From assembly GCA_964016885.1 (NCBI GenBank), contig OZ024744.1, positions 89,900,001-89,964,000 on the forward strand: DNA of 64,000 bases. Direction: 5' to 3'. The translations under genes and the position numbers were made by a program. Shown in pieces: positions 47,476-61,996 of this stretch. The stretch comes from Eledone cirrhosa. Lineage: Eukaryota. The notes beneath the pieces are model-generated. The model had not been told where the DNA came from. It did not search any database and saw nothing but the letters and a program-made list of their open reading frames with translations. Each line of letters begins with the position of its first letter. The stretch's first letter is position 1.

Positions 47476-47699
47476 TTCAAGAGTAACCAATCTTAAAGAG
47501 AGAGATGGAGATAGGAGACGAGAGATTGGTGAATTAGTTAGAAGCCAAACATAAATGCATGTGCTCAATGTGCAATATGCAGTAGAAAGCAGCTAGGTGG
47601 CTGGGTTCATGCAGAAGTTAGGCGCGCAGAGCTGGAAATATTCATTAGTTAAGCAAAACGAGACCATAAATTTCACAAGGAAGACATTATTAAAAGATT

Positions 47700-49795
47700 G
47701 TCAACATATTTTAGTTTGATGTAAGGAATGTAGAGAATAATAATAATAATATTAATAATAATAATGTCCGTTTACAATTGTTTCGCTACTCCGTATAATA
47801 TTTCTGGATCAGATGACTATATATCATTATTGATCTGGTTCAGTTGAAAATAATTAACATTTTAAGTTTTTAAATAAACAGAGCGGCTCATCGGAACTTC
47901 AAAGGAATATAAATTAAAATAAGGAGAGAATGTTACATAATGTAATGTTCCATATATTGGTATTTCACTATGGTGTTCTGATTGTATCAATTGTCAGCCA
48001 TAATCAGTATTCATCTGTCGAGGCTGCATTGTGTGAGATCTGCCTATGGGTAACAAGATGGCCGCCAAAGGACATATTTACCTTACTAATTAGAGGGTGG
48101 TTTCAGGGGAAGTAACTCCTCGAGAGATTAGAAATTGTGGGTAGTTTATAGTTAAGTGCTAATTTTTAAATTTTTTAATTGAGAGACAATGTAGGGGAGG
48201 TAACTTATAATTATCTAAGTTAATTATAGCTATTTAACTTATTAGCTACAAGTAAAAATGGGCCTAGATGAATATGTTGGGTCAAATATTCTATTGGCGA
48301 AGGAATTAGCCCTTCGATGTTGACAGCTAATGGTTACCTCCGTTCTATCATTAATCGGTAGAGGTCGTGATAGAGTTATGTAATATGCTTCGGTAATACA
48401 GAGATCACAAGATTTTCTTCGTCCATTGAACGGTTGGGCCCTAGCTACGATATCCCATTTTAGTGAGTGTTCAATGTTGCTTAATTTAAGGTTTTTAATG
48501 AGCCTAGCTAGAGATGTCGAACATCTGTTGCTAGGGTCTCGGGAGGAAAAAGAGTGCGCGTTATAGCGTACCTTAAAAGGGTTAGAGGTAGACCCGATAT
48601 AAGAGCTGGTATTCGAAGCAGTTTTAACCGTGCACCTATAGACTATGTTGGGTGTCACGCAGTGTCCATTTAATGGGCATGCATTAGGGTAACGGCAGTT
48701 GCAGTTGCTTCTGCGGTTAATGAGAGTAGGGTAGTTTAACCTAAGCGGTTGGTCAGTGTTAGAAGGATTAGATGGGGGAGGTGTGCTACTAGAGTAATTA
48801 TTGGTGTAGTGTATTTGATAGGGGTGGTGGTACCGCGGTGTGGGAGTTATACTGTCTTAGTTTATGATGGTTACTGAATGCGATGTGGCTAGCTAGGTTA
48901 GGTGTTGTGGAGAATGAGATTTTAATGTTATTTTTATTAAAGAGTTTGTAATATCTATGGTTGGAGGGGGAAATGTTTAGATAGGATAGAGAAGAAGCGT
49001 TTAGGGATATTAGTGGCGAGATTAGATGAGAATGGGGGGGGGGTTTAAGCCAGGTGATATTTCTAGGGCTATTCCTTCTAGGGGTTCTAGTGGAGTTAGT
49101 AGGAACCTTTCTAGGGTTATTATTACCTGGGGATTTGTTATTTGTCATCCTATTTCTCATTCCTATTCTAGGGTTGATTTTTAGTTTGCTACTTGGAGTG
49201 GGGAGCAGGCCGCTGCCACAATTAAACTTCCCTGTATAGGTGATGTTACTGCTAAAATTCCGGCGAATCTGGCTATATGCTAAGGTATTTCTAGTTCTAG
49301 TGTTAAGTTTATTATGATGAATTGCTGTGTTATGGCATTTAGGTATGTAGTAAATGGATTGTTCATAACCAGATTCAGAAAGAGCCTTATTATAATATTG
49401 TGCATGGTTTATAAATATCTCCTCATTTGCTGATAGCATGGAGATCCTATACGAGATAGATTTGATTACTGCTCTGATGACTGCCGGTGGGTGGTTAGAG
49501 TGTTGGCTAATATATGTGAGTATTTTACCTGGTTTATGGTAAGGGTAATATAGGTTATTGTTGAGATCCAGGGTGACGTCTAGGAAGTTTACTACTTTAT
49601 GGTTCGGCCCGATGGTGATAGAGAGACCGTTATTTTTAAAGAATCTATGTAATTGTTTTTTTAGCAAATCAATGCCCCGATTAGTACAATTGTGGACTGC
49701 AAATAGGGCGTCATCCATGTATATTCCGCCTTGCAAGGATTGGATTTCGGCTCTGATGTTATGTAATAGGTAAATTCCAACTAAATGGGTGATTT
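47700..49795 (-). mobile_element. Penelope-like element (RT C-terminal half plus GIY-YIG), frameshifted
   Basis: GGIYMDDAL, NFLDVTLDL, SNHPPAVIR; IVYRCTV..YIGSTSNPFKVRYNAH..CDLCITE. Confidence 0.88.
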
Positions 49796-49807
49796 ATATA
49801 TATATAT

Positions 49808-50121
<314 letters not shown>

Positions 50122-50693
50122 CACATATATGTATATATATACATTATATATATAATATAAAATCAAAAGATGGTTAAAAGTGTTCCATGTATTTTATTAT
50201 GCGCATTTCAAAAACAAATACCATCATGGGATGATATTGGCGTTCTCATAAGATAAAATAGGGAGACACGATATGAGGCTTAAAAAACACTTGCGAGCAG
50301 TGAAGTGTTAAATCAACATATGTTGTCACTGTAGTGACACTCTCACTTACTTTAAAGTTTCAGCAAACAGAGGAGATAATGCTGACAGAGCTCTGTTTCG
50401 TACTTTTTGGTACTTATCAAAGCTAAGTACTCCATCTGTTTGCTGAAAATCATGAATGTTTGATTCTTATAGAATTCTAGTAATAATCAGGAACTGATTA
50501 TACAGAGCGGTTGCCGGTCAAGCAGAAATTGAAAATTAGAATTGGTGCTCTGAAATAGCGATATATATATATGAATGTTTGCTGAAAATTTTAAGTAAGT
50601 GAGACTGTCACTACTCTAAAACAATAGCGTAAGGTCTTCGAAATGCTTTTAATTAAGCGCATACAGTGTATTGCAAAATACACTATATATACA

Positions 50694-50769
<76 letters not shown>

Positions 50770-51294
50770 GCATATATATATATATAAACAAGATGGTGTA
50801 AATCAGAACAAAGGAAAGACGCAAAGTTATAATAAACAATAAAAGTATATATATGTATACATAAGACACCAACCTTTTACTGCTATCCGCTAAAGGCGGA
50901 AATGTGACTGTTTTGTTGTTGTTGTTGTTTTTTGTTATTTTGTTTTGTTTTGTTTTGTTTTTAGCATGCGGCAAAAAAGATTGGTTAGAGAACATTGTCA
51001 TTGCAAGTACGTCATAGGCGATACCTTTTCCTTTTGCATTGTTAGATTGGTCACCTACTTGTTTATCTGGTTTGCTATTCTTTGTTGCTTCATATTTATT
51101 CTCATGGACAGATTGTCACCTTATTTTCTCTTTTAGTGAGACCGACTAACTAATTTTCAAACTGTAATACTCGCTATCATCAAAAATAAATAAACCTTTA
51201 CTCAAGAAAAATGATGAGAAACAAAAGGCCTTAACTTTACTCCTCAAAAGACAAGAAGAATATATTACTATTCTCTGTGCATACTTTACAACCA

Positions 51295-51517
51295 CGGGTG
51301 GTGGATTATCAGTATCGGTAGAGCGTCAGACACCATGCTTTGCAGCATAGTGTTACACCTCTTTACGATCTGAGTTCAAATCGCGCCGAGGTTAAGTTTG
51401 CCTTTCATCCTTACGGTGTTGATAAAATAAAGCATCAGTTATGCACTGGTGTAGATTTAATCGACTTTCCCGTCCCTCAAAATTGCTGGCCTTGTGCCTA
51501 TAGTAGAAACAATATTT
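51295..51517 (+). mobile_element. tRNA-derived SINE
   Basis: Full head, body and agaaacaatatt tail. Confidence 0.85.
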
Positions 51518-51710
51518 TACAACCACACTGCACTTAGTGGTAGGTTGACTGAACTGAACTGTTCTGACTGGCGTCGTGTTTGTTCAGACCATCGTCTAGT
51601 TCAGACTGGAGGGGTATTTGTACAGACTACTCGTTCTGATTTTACATCTCATTTCCTGCTACCGGGAAAAAAATGTTTGACGTAATAAAACAAATGTTTT
51701 TAAGGAAGTT

Positions 51711-51825
51711 CTTACAGCACCTAGGGTTTACAAGCGGTCACCCATCTAAGTACTAACTAATCTTGACGTTGCTTAACTTGCGTAATCGAACCAGATTATG
51801 TTTTCAGCGTAATATGGGCTGTAAA
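51711..51825 (-). pseudogene. 5S rRNA pseudogene
   Basis: Minus strand ..CATATTACGCTGAAAACA..AAGTTAAGCAACGTC..GTTAGTACTTAGATGGGTGACCGCT..GGTGCTGTAAG is colinear with metazoan 5S but has many substitutions. Confidence 0.8.
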
Positions 51826-52261
51826 TGTCTTTAACTCTAAAACAAGTTTCCTTGAAAATGCATCATAAGCGCCCAACTAAAGCCATTTGAACCTATTCAG
51901 GTGTTAGCATTAATAGCAAAAATAACAAAAAGGGAATAACAGACGAGGGATTATATAAATAACGAACAAAAAAATACAATCAATAACGAAAAAAATTTTC
52001 AATCAAAAACAAAAATAATATTTCTTGTGAATGTTGACCTCAAATATTGTCTAGAACACTTTCAATGCAATGGGAAATATTGTATAAAGTACCCAACCCA
52101 ATAAGCCACATATTGATGTACTTGGTGTTACAAATAATCAAGATTATTATAATAGAAATAAAAATGTTATTTAGCTCAATGACGACAAACAAACGAAGAA
52201 TGGGACTAACGTTATAACAGTAAAAAAAATAAAATAAATAACTAGAGCTGGAGCTGGTCTT

Positions 52262-53350
<1,089 letters not shown>

Positions 53351-53727
53351 TGCATGTACATTCACACACATTCAATAAAGTATATGAAATCACTTATACT
53401 AAACATAGCGGGAAAGTCTCACATAACCCCTTGTATAAAGAAGAAACAAAATATATAAACGTGAACTAAATTTAGATTTATTATGTATTGAGAAAGGAAT
53501 GCCTTACAATAGTGCAATTATTTGAAATCACCATTAATGGCCATTAATGGCCAACAAATAATGATTACATACACACACATCTATGTGATGAGTGTGTTAC
53601 TCATACATTTATATGTATGAGTAACAGAGGTGCAGCGAAAGCTGTTCTCTGTTTTCTATAGTTTGTCACAGCCCCTTTCCTTCCACACTCATCACATAGA
53701 TGTGAGTGTATATAATCATTATTTTGT

Positions 53728-54535
53728 ATGGATTGGCAGTATCGGTAGAGGGTCGGACGCCATGCTTTGCAGCACAGAGTTACATCCCTTTAGGGTCTGG
53801 GTTCAAATCCCGCCCAGGTTAACTTTGCCTTTCATCCTTACGTTGACGATAAAATAAAGTACCAGTAATGCACTGGGGTAATTTCTGGCCTTGTACCAAA
53901 AGTAGAAATAATTATTTTGTATGGCAGTATCGGTAGAGGGTCGGACGCCATGCTTTGACGCATAGAGTTACGGCCCTTGCTATTCTGAGTTCAAATCCCG
54001 CCGAGGTTAACTTTGCCTTTCATCCTTACGGGGTCGATAAAATAAAGTACCAGTAATGCACTGGGTAATTGCTGGCCTTGTGCCAAAGTAGAAACAATTA
54101 TTTTGTATAATTGTTTCTACTTTTGGCACAAGGCCAGCAATTACCAAGTGTATTACTGGTACTTTATTTTATCGACCCCGTAAGGATGAAAGGCAAAGTT
54201 AATCCCGCCGAGGTTAACTTTGCCTTTCATCCTTATGGGGTCGATAAAATAAAGTACCAGACACGTACTGAGGTCGATTTAATCGACTTCCCCCCCCCCC
54301 CCCCCCAAAATTACTGGCCTTGTGTCTATATAAGAAACCATTATTTTGATTGGCAGTATCGGTAGAGAGACGGACGCCATGCTTTCCAGCATAGTTACGT
54401 CCCTTTACGGTCTGAGTTCAAATCCCGCCGAGGTTTACTTTGCCTTTCATCCTTACGGGGTCGATAAAATAAAGTACCAGTAATGCACTGGTTAATTGCT
54501 GGCCTTGTGCCTAAAGTAGAAACAATTATTTTGTA
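53728..54535. mobile_element. Tandem cluster of about 5 SINE copies, one inverted
   Basis: Heads at ~53730, 53921 and 54348. The inverted body at 54108-54202 forms a hairpin with 54007-54100. Confidence 0.88.
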
Positions 54536-54849
54536 TAATGTTTATGTATATGTATGTATTTGTATAACACTGAAACATAGATGAGTTACATCCCTTTGTG
54601 TGACGTACAAAGTCACAAGAGCATGTTATATTAGTAGATATTTATTAGTAGATATTTATAATAGTAAAAATAATTTGATAGAAAAAGAAAAATATTCTTT
54701 TTTAGATTGAAGAAGAAAGAATGCAATGTAAAATAAGAAAAGATTTTTTTAAAAAAACGGAAAAGGAAGGAAAAGGCAAAGGCTCTAGTGTCACGAAAGA
54801 ATCGGGAGGGGGAGGGGGATTTGGCTCTGGGCTTAGGGTGTGGCGGTAA

Positions 54850-55000
54850 TGGGTATGCGCCTCGCGGACTATGACCTGTGTCACCCGCTGCAACAGCCAC
54901 CGCACCTCACGGAGCTCCCTCTTCAGACGGGCTGCTGATGTTCTGATCTTGTGGAGGAGCTTGGCAATGCGAGGTCCAAGTACGCCTGAGGTCTCGACAA
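54850..55000 (-). mobile_element. CRE-like RLE fragment
   Basis: VETSGVLGPRIAKLL..RWLLQRV. Confidence 0.65.
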
Positions 55001-55219
55001 TAAAAGTTTTAAAAAACATACATAAAAAATTATCAAAGATCTCGAAGTCGTCTTTGGGGGAGAGTATTAAGATCAACATTGATTGTCATCCATTCGAGGT
55101 CGATAAAAAAAAAAAAAAACGTGCCATTCAAGTGCTGGAGTCGATTATTCCTCTATATCTGTTTCTCATTTCCACCCTCTCAGTTTATCTATCCTTCTCT
55201 TGAAGAAATCTGCTGTATT

Positions 55220-55745
55220 CAGACTTGGAGAGGAGATAGGTTTCGCCAGATTTTAAAAAGTGCCTTAGAAACGCCGTATCTCAATATGACGGCCCTGCGA
55301 CTCTCTCGGGAGTTGTGGGACCATACATGCATACATTGATTAAGAATAGACTCTTGTTAACAACGGTTGAACATGTCATGTTATGTGGCTGTGAGACGTG
55401 AACACTTGAAAAATAAGCTAGACAGAGTATACTCCTGCCTTTTACAGAAGAGGTTCAACATCACTTGGAAGAGTCACAGCACCAATGTAAGAAGTTGATG
55501 ATGGTCTGACAAAATTAACCCAAAACATAGCTCAGTGAAGACTGCGATTGACAGGTTACTGCAGGAAACGTCATGAAGAAACAGCCTCAAATCTGATGAT
55601 ATGGTAAGCAACAAATAACCCATCAACTTCATCGACACACTTAAAAAAAAAAAAGACTATATCGAAAATATGAATAGTGATGGCAGATCGAAATATCTGG
55701 AACGGGTAAATTTCCTTGGCTTGGTCAGAAGATTGAATAAGATGA
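55220..55745 (+). mobile_element. Degenerate RTE-like LINE 3' fragment
   Basis: gttgaacatgtcatgttatgtggctgtgagacgtgaac resembles the VE..L.YG.ETW motif; many stops. Confidence 0.45.
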
Positions 55746-55757
55746 GATGATGCGAAG

Positions 55758-55996
55758 GATTGGCAGAATCGGTAGAGCATCAGATATGCTTAGCGGCATA
55801 GAGCTATGACCCTTTACGTTCTGAGTTCAAATTCCGCCGAGATTAGCTTTGCTTTTCATCCTTACGGGGGTCGTGTGTGTGTGTGTGTATGTATGTGAAG
55901 TTGTGCTGATTCCAACACATACATACACGCACAGAAAAACGTACATATTCACATGCACACACATAAGCAGACACGCACATCTGCGCGCACGCACAT

Positions 55997-56070
<74 letters not shown>

Positions 56071-56544
56071 ATATAATTGTTTCTGATTTAGGCCAGTAAT
56101 TTTGGGGGAAGCAATTTTGGGGGAAGAGGCAAGCCGACTAAATACACCTTAGTGTATTACTGTTACTTTATTTTATCGACCCCGTAAGGATGAAAGGCAA
56201 AGTTAACCTCGGCGGGATTTGAATTCAGAACGTAAAGGGTTATAACTCTATGCTGCAAAGCATGGCGTCTGGCGCTCTACCGATACTGCCAATCATTATT
56301 AATAGTAATAATGATGAGGGTAATGGATTGGTAGTATCGGTAGAGGGTCGGACGTCCTGCTTTGCAACATAGAGTTACGCCCCTTTATGATCTGAGTTCA
56401 AAACCCGCCGAGGTTAACTTTGCCTTTCATCCTTACGAGGTCGATAAAATAAAGTACCAGTAATGCACTGGGGTTCAATTTAGTCGACTTGCCCCTTCCC
56501 CCAAAATTGCTGGCCTTGTGCTTAAATCAGAAACAATTATATGG

Positions 56545-56576
<32 letters not shown>

Positions 56577-56577
56577 A

Positions 56578-56638
<61 letters not shown>

Positions 56639-56875
56639 ATGTGCGTGCGCGCAGATGTGCGTGTCTGCTTATGTGTGTGCATGTGAATATGTACGTTTTT
56701 CTGTGCGTGTATGTATGTGTTGGAATCAACACAACTTCACATACATACATACACACACACACGACCCCCGTAAGGATGAAAAGCAAAGCTAATCTCGGCG
56801 GAATTTGAACTCAGAACGTAAAGGGTCTTAGCTCTATGCCGCTAAGCATGTCCGATGCTCTACCGATTCTGCCAA
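55758..56875. repeat. ~1.1-kb palindrome of SINE and unique spacer sequence
   Basis: 55758-56293 is approximately the reverse complement of 56326-56875, including the non-SINE segment gtgaagttgtgctgattccaacacatac..gcacatgcat. Confidence 0.85.
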
Positions 56876-56942
56876 GGCCAGCAATTTGCTGGCCTTGTGC
56901 CAAAAGTAGAAATAATTATTAATTGTAATAATTGTTTCTACT

Positions 56943-57402
56943 TTACTGGCTGGAAGATAAGGAGACTTTGGAAATATTTTAGTTTCAGCTGATATCTGCC
57001 AGTCAGGAGGATCATTATTAATAGTAATAATTTTAGGCACAAGGCCAGCAATTACCCAGTACATTACTGGTACTTTATTTTATCGACCCCGTAAGGATGA
57101 AAGGCAAAGTTAACATAGTAATAATTGTTTCTACTTTTGGCACAAGGCCAGCAAATACCCAGTGCATTACTGGTACTTTATTTTATCGACCCCGTAAGGA
57201 TGAAAGGCAAAGTCAACCTCGGCGGGATTTGAACTCAGATCGTAAAGGGACGTAACTATGCTGGAAAGCATGGCGTCCGACCCTCCACCGATACTGCCAA
57301 TCCACTGCCCATAGTAATAATGATCCTCATGACTAGCAGAGATGAGCTGAAACTAAAATATTGTGGCACATTTCCAAAGTCTCCCTATCTTCCAGCCAGT
57401 AA
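56943..57402. repeat. ~80-bp inverted arms enclosing two minus-strand SINE pieces
   Basis: ttactggctggaagata..gaggatcattatta versus taataatgatcctc..tatcttccagccagtaa. Confidence 0.7.
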
Positions 57403-57899
57403 CTACAGAAATCATGCAATAGAACAGAATGCAGTAAATAGCTGTAGAATATATGATGGTTAGAGGAAGGTCATTTTCGATCATGATTGATCATGGATTA
57501 TGTACTCATGGCTAACTGATCATGGGTTTGCCTCTCCGAGCCACATGTCTGGACAGGATACTTTGTGGAATACCGGTAGTCATCCATACCTACAAGCCTA
57601 TCATCTCCATCTCACCGATGGTATCCAAGAAAAAGGAAAAGGCAAATGTAGCTTGGCATCAGTGGCGTCGTAGATCATTTTTCCAGCTGGAGCAACGTGA
57701 ACTAACGTGTCTAGCTCAAGAACATAACGCGCCGGCCGATCCAGAAATAGAGCTCATGCATGACCTCATGATCGTCAGCCCAGCACTCTAACTACTAAGC
57801 CTTGGGAAGAAACAATTAATTGCATTTTTTAGTTGCCTGGTCTTAGCCAAAAGAGAGGTGTAACAAAGTTGGTATTTACATACACTGGAAGTTATGCCA

Positions 57900-58330
57900 G
57901 CATTATGAATACCACCAGAAGAGAGATCACATAAAATTAAATTAGGAAACGCTCTCACAGAATGAATGATAATTTGACTATAGAAATGCCCAACCCATGC
58001 AAACCGGAAGATCAGCTTGGTATTGTCATTTGAAACGAGCAGAAACGGAATTGCCTTGTGATCTAAGTATCAACACAACAGATAACAATATCTCTCTAAA
58101 AGAAATTATTTAAATATAAAGATCTAGGAATAGAGATAAATAAAATGCGGAGGGGGGGGGGGGGGGCTGAAAAGTAAAACATCTATAATAATAGGGTCCT
58201 TGACAATGATTTATAAACACGTGGATAAATACATAACCAAAACCCTAAGACTTACAATATACACAACATACAAAAATTAGCACTACTTGGCACTTGAACA
58301 CTTATTATTCTGAGTACTGTCAAAACAACA
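57900..58330 (+). mobile_element. Highly degenerate R4/Dong-like 3' fragment
   Basis: Remnants aaatataaagatcta..atagagata (KYKDL.IE), ataatagggtccttg (IIG.L) and caaaaattagcactacttggcact (QK..LLGT). Confidence 0.5.
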
Positions 58331-58396
58331 TAAAATACTCATAGCCACGACACACTGACCAGCGCTCGGTATTGCAGTAAAAGTATACAATAAATA

Positions 58397-58738
58397 TACG
58401 AGGGTCAGCTGCAAAGTTCATAGCCTAACCAAGATACTCTCATTGACTGACCAAATGAGGTTTATTTTTCAACATAGTCCCTAGAAAGAAACAATGCAGT
58501 TATTACTAAGAAGAGTTGAAATTGATGCATGTAAGATTTCACATCTCTAGCATCACTCCTTCATAGTTTAAAAAGTTCCTAGGCTGACCAAGATACTCTC
58601 ATGAAATTACCAAATGGTATATATAGCCCCTAGAAAGAAACAATGTAATTATTAATAAGTAGAGTTGAAATTAATGCATGCAAGATTTCACAGCGCCTTT
58701 TCAAAGTCAGTCTATGAAATTTTCAACCAACCCTCATG
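58397..58738. mobile_element. Tc1/mariner-derived MITE with an internal dimer
   Basis: Imperfect TIRs tacgagggtcagctgcaaagttcatag / ctatgaaattttcaaccaaccctcatg; ccaagatactctcat occurs twice. Confidence 0.6.
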
Positions 58739-59124
58739 TGACTGCTAAATGATAATTTTTTTCTTCTTTATTAGCCACCAGACCCCAAGATGTGGAAGGC
58801 AGTACAAGGAATGGGATACAAAGCTGGGGGTGGGGTGGAGGGGTGGAGTTACTTCAAGTAAAAATAGAATTGATAAGGGAAATATTCGCAGTGAAGGGGC
58901 TGTCTCCGAGGGTCTGACATGTAACTCCATAGATCAAGTAAGTATTATTCTGACAACCATGAACTAAAGTCTTCATAGTCGAGTGGAAGAAGGAGGCAAA
59001 TGAGTGAGTCACCGAAATCCTTGTCATTCTTATGGTTATAACAACCAAATTTAATGGCCTACAATGCAAATGTCACTGATTTCATGCCAACCCCCAGGGC
59101 ACATAACGTTCACACCAACTAGAC

Positions 59125-59680
59125 TTAGTCTACCCATGCGGTTCCACGGTGGATACTCTCGGCCTTCATTGTGATACCACCACAGTGTAAAGTCACCTTC
59201 CATGCCATGCTGCTCTTAACGAGAGCATTAACGATGGTTTGTATGTTGTTGACTTTACTTCGAGTAGATGGGGTTAGAATAGACCGCTGGAACGATAGAA
59301 GGCAGAAGGGCATCATAATCATCCCGTTTCGCGGTAGTTAGCCCCCCACCTCCCTCATCTAGAACGTGACGTACAATGACACTTTCTCCAGCGCCATCTT
59401 GGTACATTCCACTATAAATCCAGACTCCATTACAAGATCGCAAGCTGTTGAAGTATAGGGTTACTTTTCGATGAGTTCGTTGTTAAACCCATAAGCGGTA
59501 GAGACATTTATCGTTCTTGGTCCACGAACCACTACCTCCTTACTCGCTGATAACGAAATGAGATAAGAGTTGGCCACCCGAAGGAGTGAACCCTGTAAGT
59601 TCCAATGTCTTATTTCAACGCGTCTCTCTAGCTATCGTCCTAGATAATGCTTTCTCCATTCTGTCCGCTGGGGCCGTGAA
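59125..59680 (+). mobile_element. Degenerate CRE-like 3' fragment followed by (GGT)n
   Basis: CGSTVDTLGLH, HAALN, IPFRG and VET-like remnants colinear with 23050-23600. Confidence 0.65.
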
Positions 59681-60068
59681 GCAACATTCGCCTGGGTCTC
59701 TGCACGTCAGAGAGCGTTCTCCCACATTGGCCAGGCATATATCGTTTTAATGGTGGTGGTGGCGGCGGTGGTGGTGGTGGTGGTGGTGGTGGTGGCGGCG
59801 GCGGCGGCTATGGTAGTGGTAGTGGTGTTGGTGGTGGCGGTGGTGTTGGTGGTTGCGGCGGTGGTGGTGGTGGTGGTGGTGGTGGTGGCGGTGGTGGTGA
59901 CGGTGACGGTCTGTGTATTATTCTTAATTATTCGTGTTCTTTAAACGCAGGGGGGGGGGGGGGTTGGAATAAAAGACAACGTCCTTAACATCACCATCAT
60001 CATCATCATCATCGTCATCGTCGTCGTTATCGTCATCATCATCATCACCATCATCGTCATCACCATCG

Positions 60069-60105
<37 letters not shown>

Positions 60106-60597
60106 TATCATCACCATCGTCACCGTCGTCATGATGATGATGATGATGATCATCATCATCATAACCTTAAGGTTAGCATATAGTTTTACCACCAGTGCAC
60201 TTCGTCTGAATATAATTTCGTCGAAAAGATCTCCCAAAATTTCCTTTATTTTTTCTTGGGACTAATCTCGCCATTTCCCACGCTATGTGAGAAATTCCCT
60301 TCTTCGTTGTGAGATAACCTACTGAAGTTTTAAACAATATTAGGCGTCATTTCGACTGTGATCAACTAAATCACCTATTATAAAAATGTTTTTCTGTTTG
60401 TTTCTGTTTTTTGTTGTTGTTTTTTTTGTTCATCTGTTATTTTTTTGGCGAGTGTTTTTTGCTGTTGTTGTTGTTGTTGTTGTTGGGGTTGTGTTTTTTT
60501 TTCATTTGTTTGTTTGTTTTTTGTTGTTGATTTTTGTTGTCCTTTTTTTTTAAAGAATTTCCTCATCACCTCGTTTTCTTTTTACTATAATGTACTA

Positions 60598-61012
60598 GGG
60601 CAGTGGATTGGCGTCAGTAGAGCGTCGGACAATATGCGGCATAGAGTTGTGGTCCTTTACATTCTGAGTTCAAATCCCGCCGAGGTTAGCTTTGCTTTTC
60701 ATCCTTACGGGGTCAATAAAAAATAAAGTACCAGCAATGCACTTGGGTAATTGCTGGCCTTGTTCCAAATGTAGAAACAATTATTCTGTTAGCGGTGGAT
60801 TGGCAGTATCGGTAGAGGGTCAGACGTCAGACTTTGCAGCATAGAGTTACGGCCCTTTACAGTTTGAGTTCAAATCCCGCCGAGGTTAAACTTAGCCTTT
60901 CATCCTTACAGGGGTCAATAAAATAAAGTACCAGTAATACACTGGGTCGATTCGGTCGACTTTCTCCTCCCCTTCAAATTGCTGGCCTTGTGCCTAAAGT
61001 AGAAACAATTAT
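60598..61012 (+). mobile_element. Two tandem SINE copies
   Basis: Heads at ~60600 and ~60792. Confidence 0.85.
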
Positions 61013-61996
61013 TTGAAGAGTTCTTCAGCGCGTTGTTGTGGCTGTTCTTGTTGTTGCTGCTATGGTGGTTGTCGCTGTTGTTCTTTGATGTTGTTGTCGT
61101 TGTTGTTCCTATTGTTTTTGATGTTGATGTTGTTGTTGGTGGTGGTGGTGGTCGTGGTTTGTGGTGGTGATGGTGGTGATGGTAGTAGTGGTGGGGTGGG
61201 GGAGATGGTAGTAGTGGTGGGGTGGGGGAGATGGTGGTGGTGGTGGTAGTGGTAGTGGTGGTGGTGGGGTGGGGGGTTATGGTGTGGGGTGGGTGTTGGG
61301 ATTGATAGTAGTGGTGATGGTGGTGGTGGTAGTGGTGGTGGCGGTTGTGGTGTGTTTGTGTGTGTGTGTGTGGGGGGGGGGGGGGGGTTATTGTTCTTGA
61401 TGTTATTTTTGTTTTTGCTGTTGTTATTGTTGTAATTGTTGCTGTTGCTGTGGTGATTGTTGTGATTGTTATTTGTGTATTGTTGTTGTTGTTCTGTGTG
61501 TTGTTTTTGTGGATCTTGTTGTTGTTGTGGTGGTGGCTGTTGGTGCTGTTGTTGGTGGTGTTCTGTGTTGTTGTTGTGGATCTTATGGTTGTTGTTGTTG
61601 TTTTTTGTTTTTGTTTTGTTTTTTGTTGTTTTTGTTGTTCTGTGTGTTGTTTTGTTGTTGTGGATCCTGTTGTTTTTGTTGCATCCCTTTGAACTAAGTC
61701 AGCAGCTGAGCCCTTGCCTATGTGTTCTATCGAGATCAGAGTTGGATTTAGACCTGCAGGGTTTTTTTTTGTGGCGGGGGGGGGGGGGGTCATATTTGGC
61801 GGGCCCTTCATACACAAAGAATTAGAATACACAGCAAATCTCCCCGGCCCCGCCAATTTTACATATCAAAGTTATCTTTGCGCAAGTAATTCGAATTGAG
61901 AAATTATACATAGAGTTATTAAACTCAAAGATTCTAACCATCCTAAAACTAATAGGCCCAGCTGTAGGTACAAGTAAATTGCTACGGCTGTCGCCT

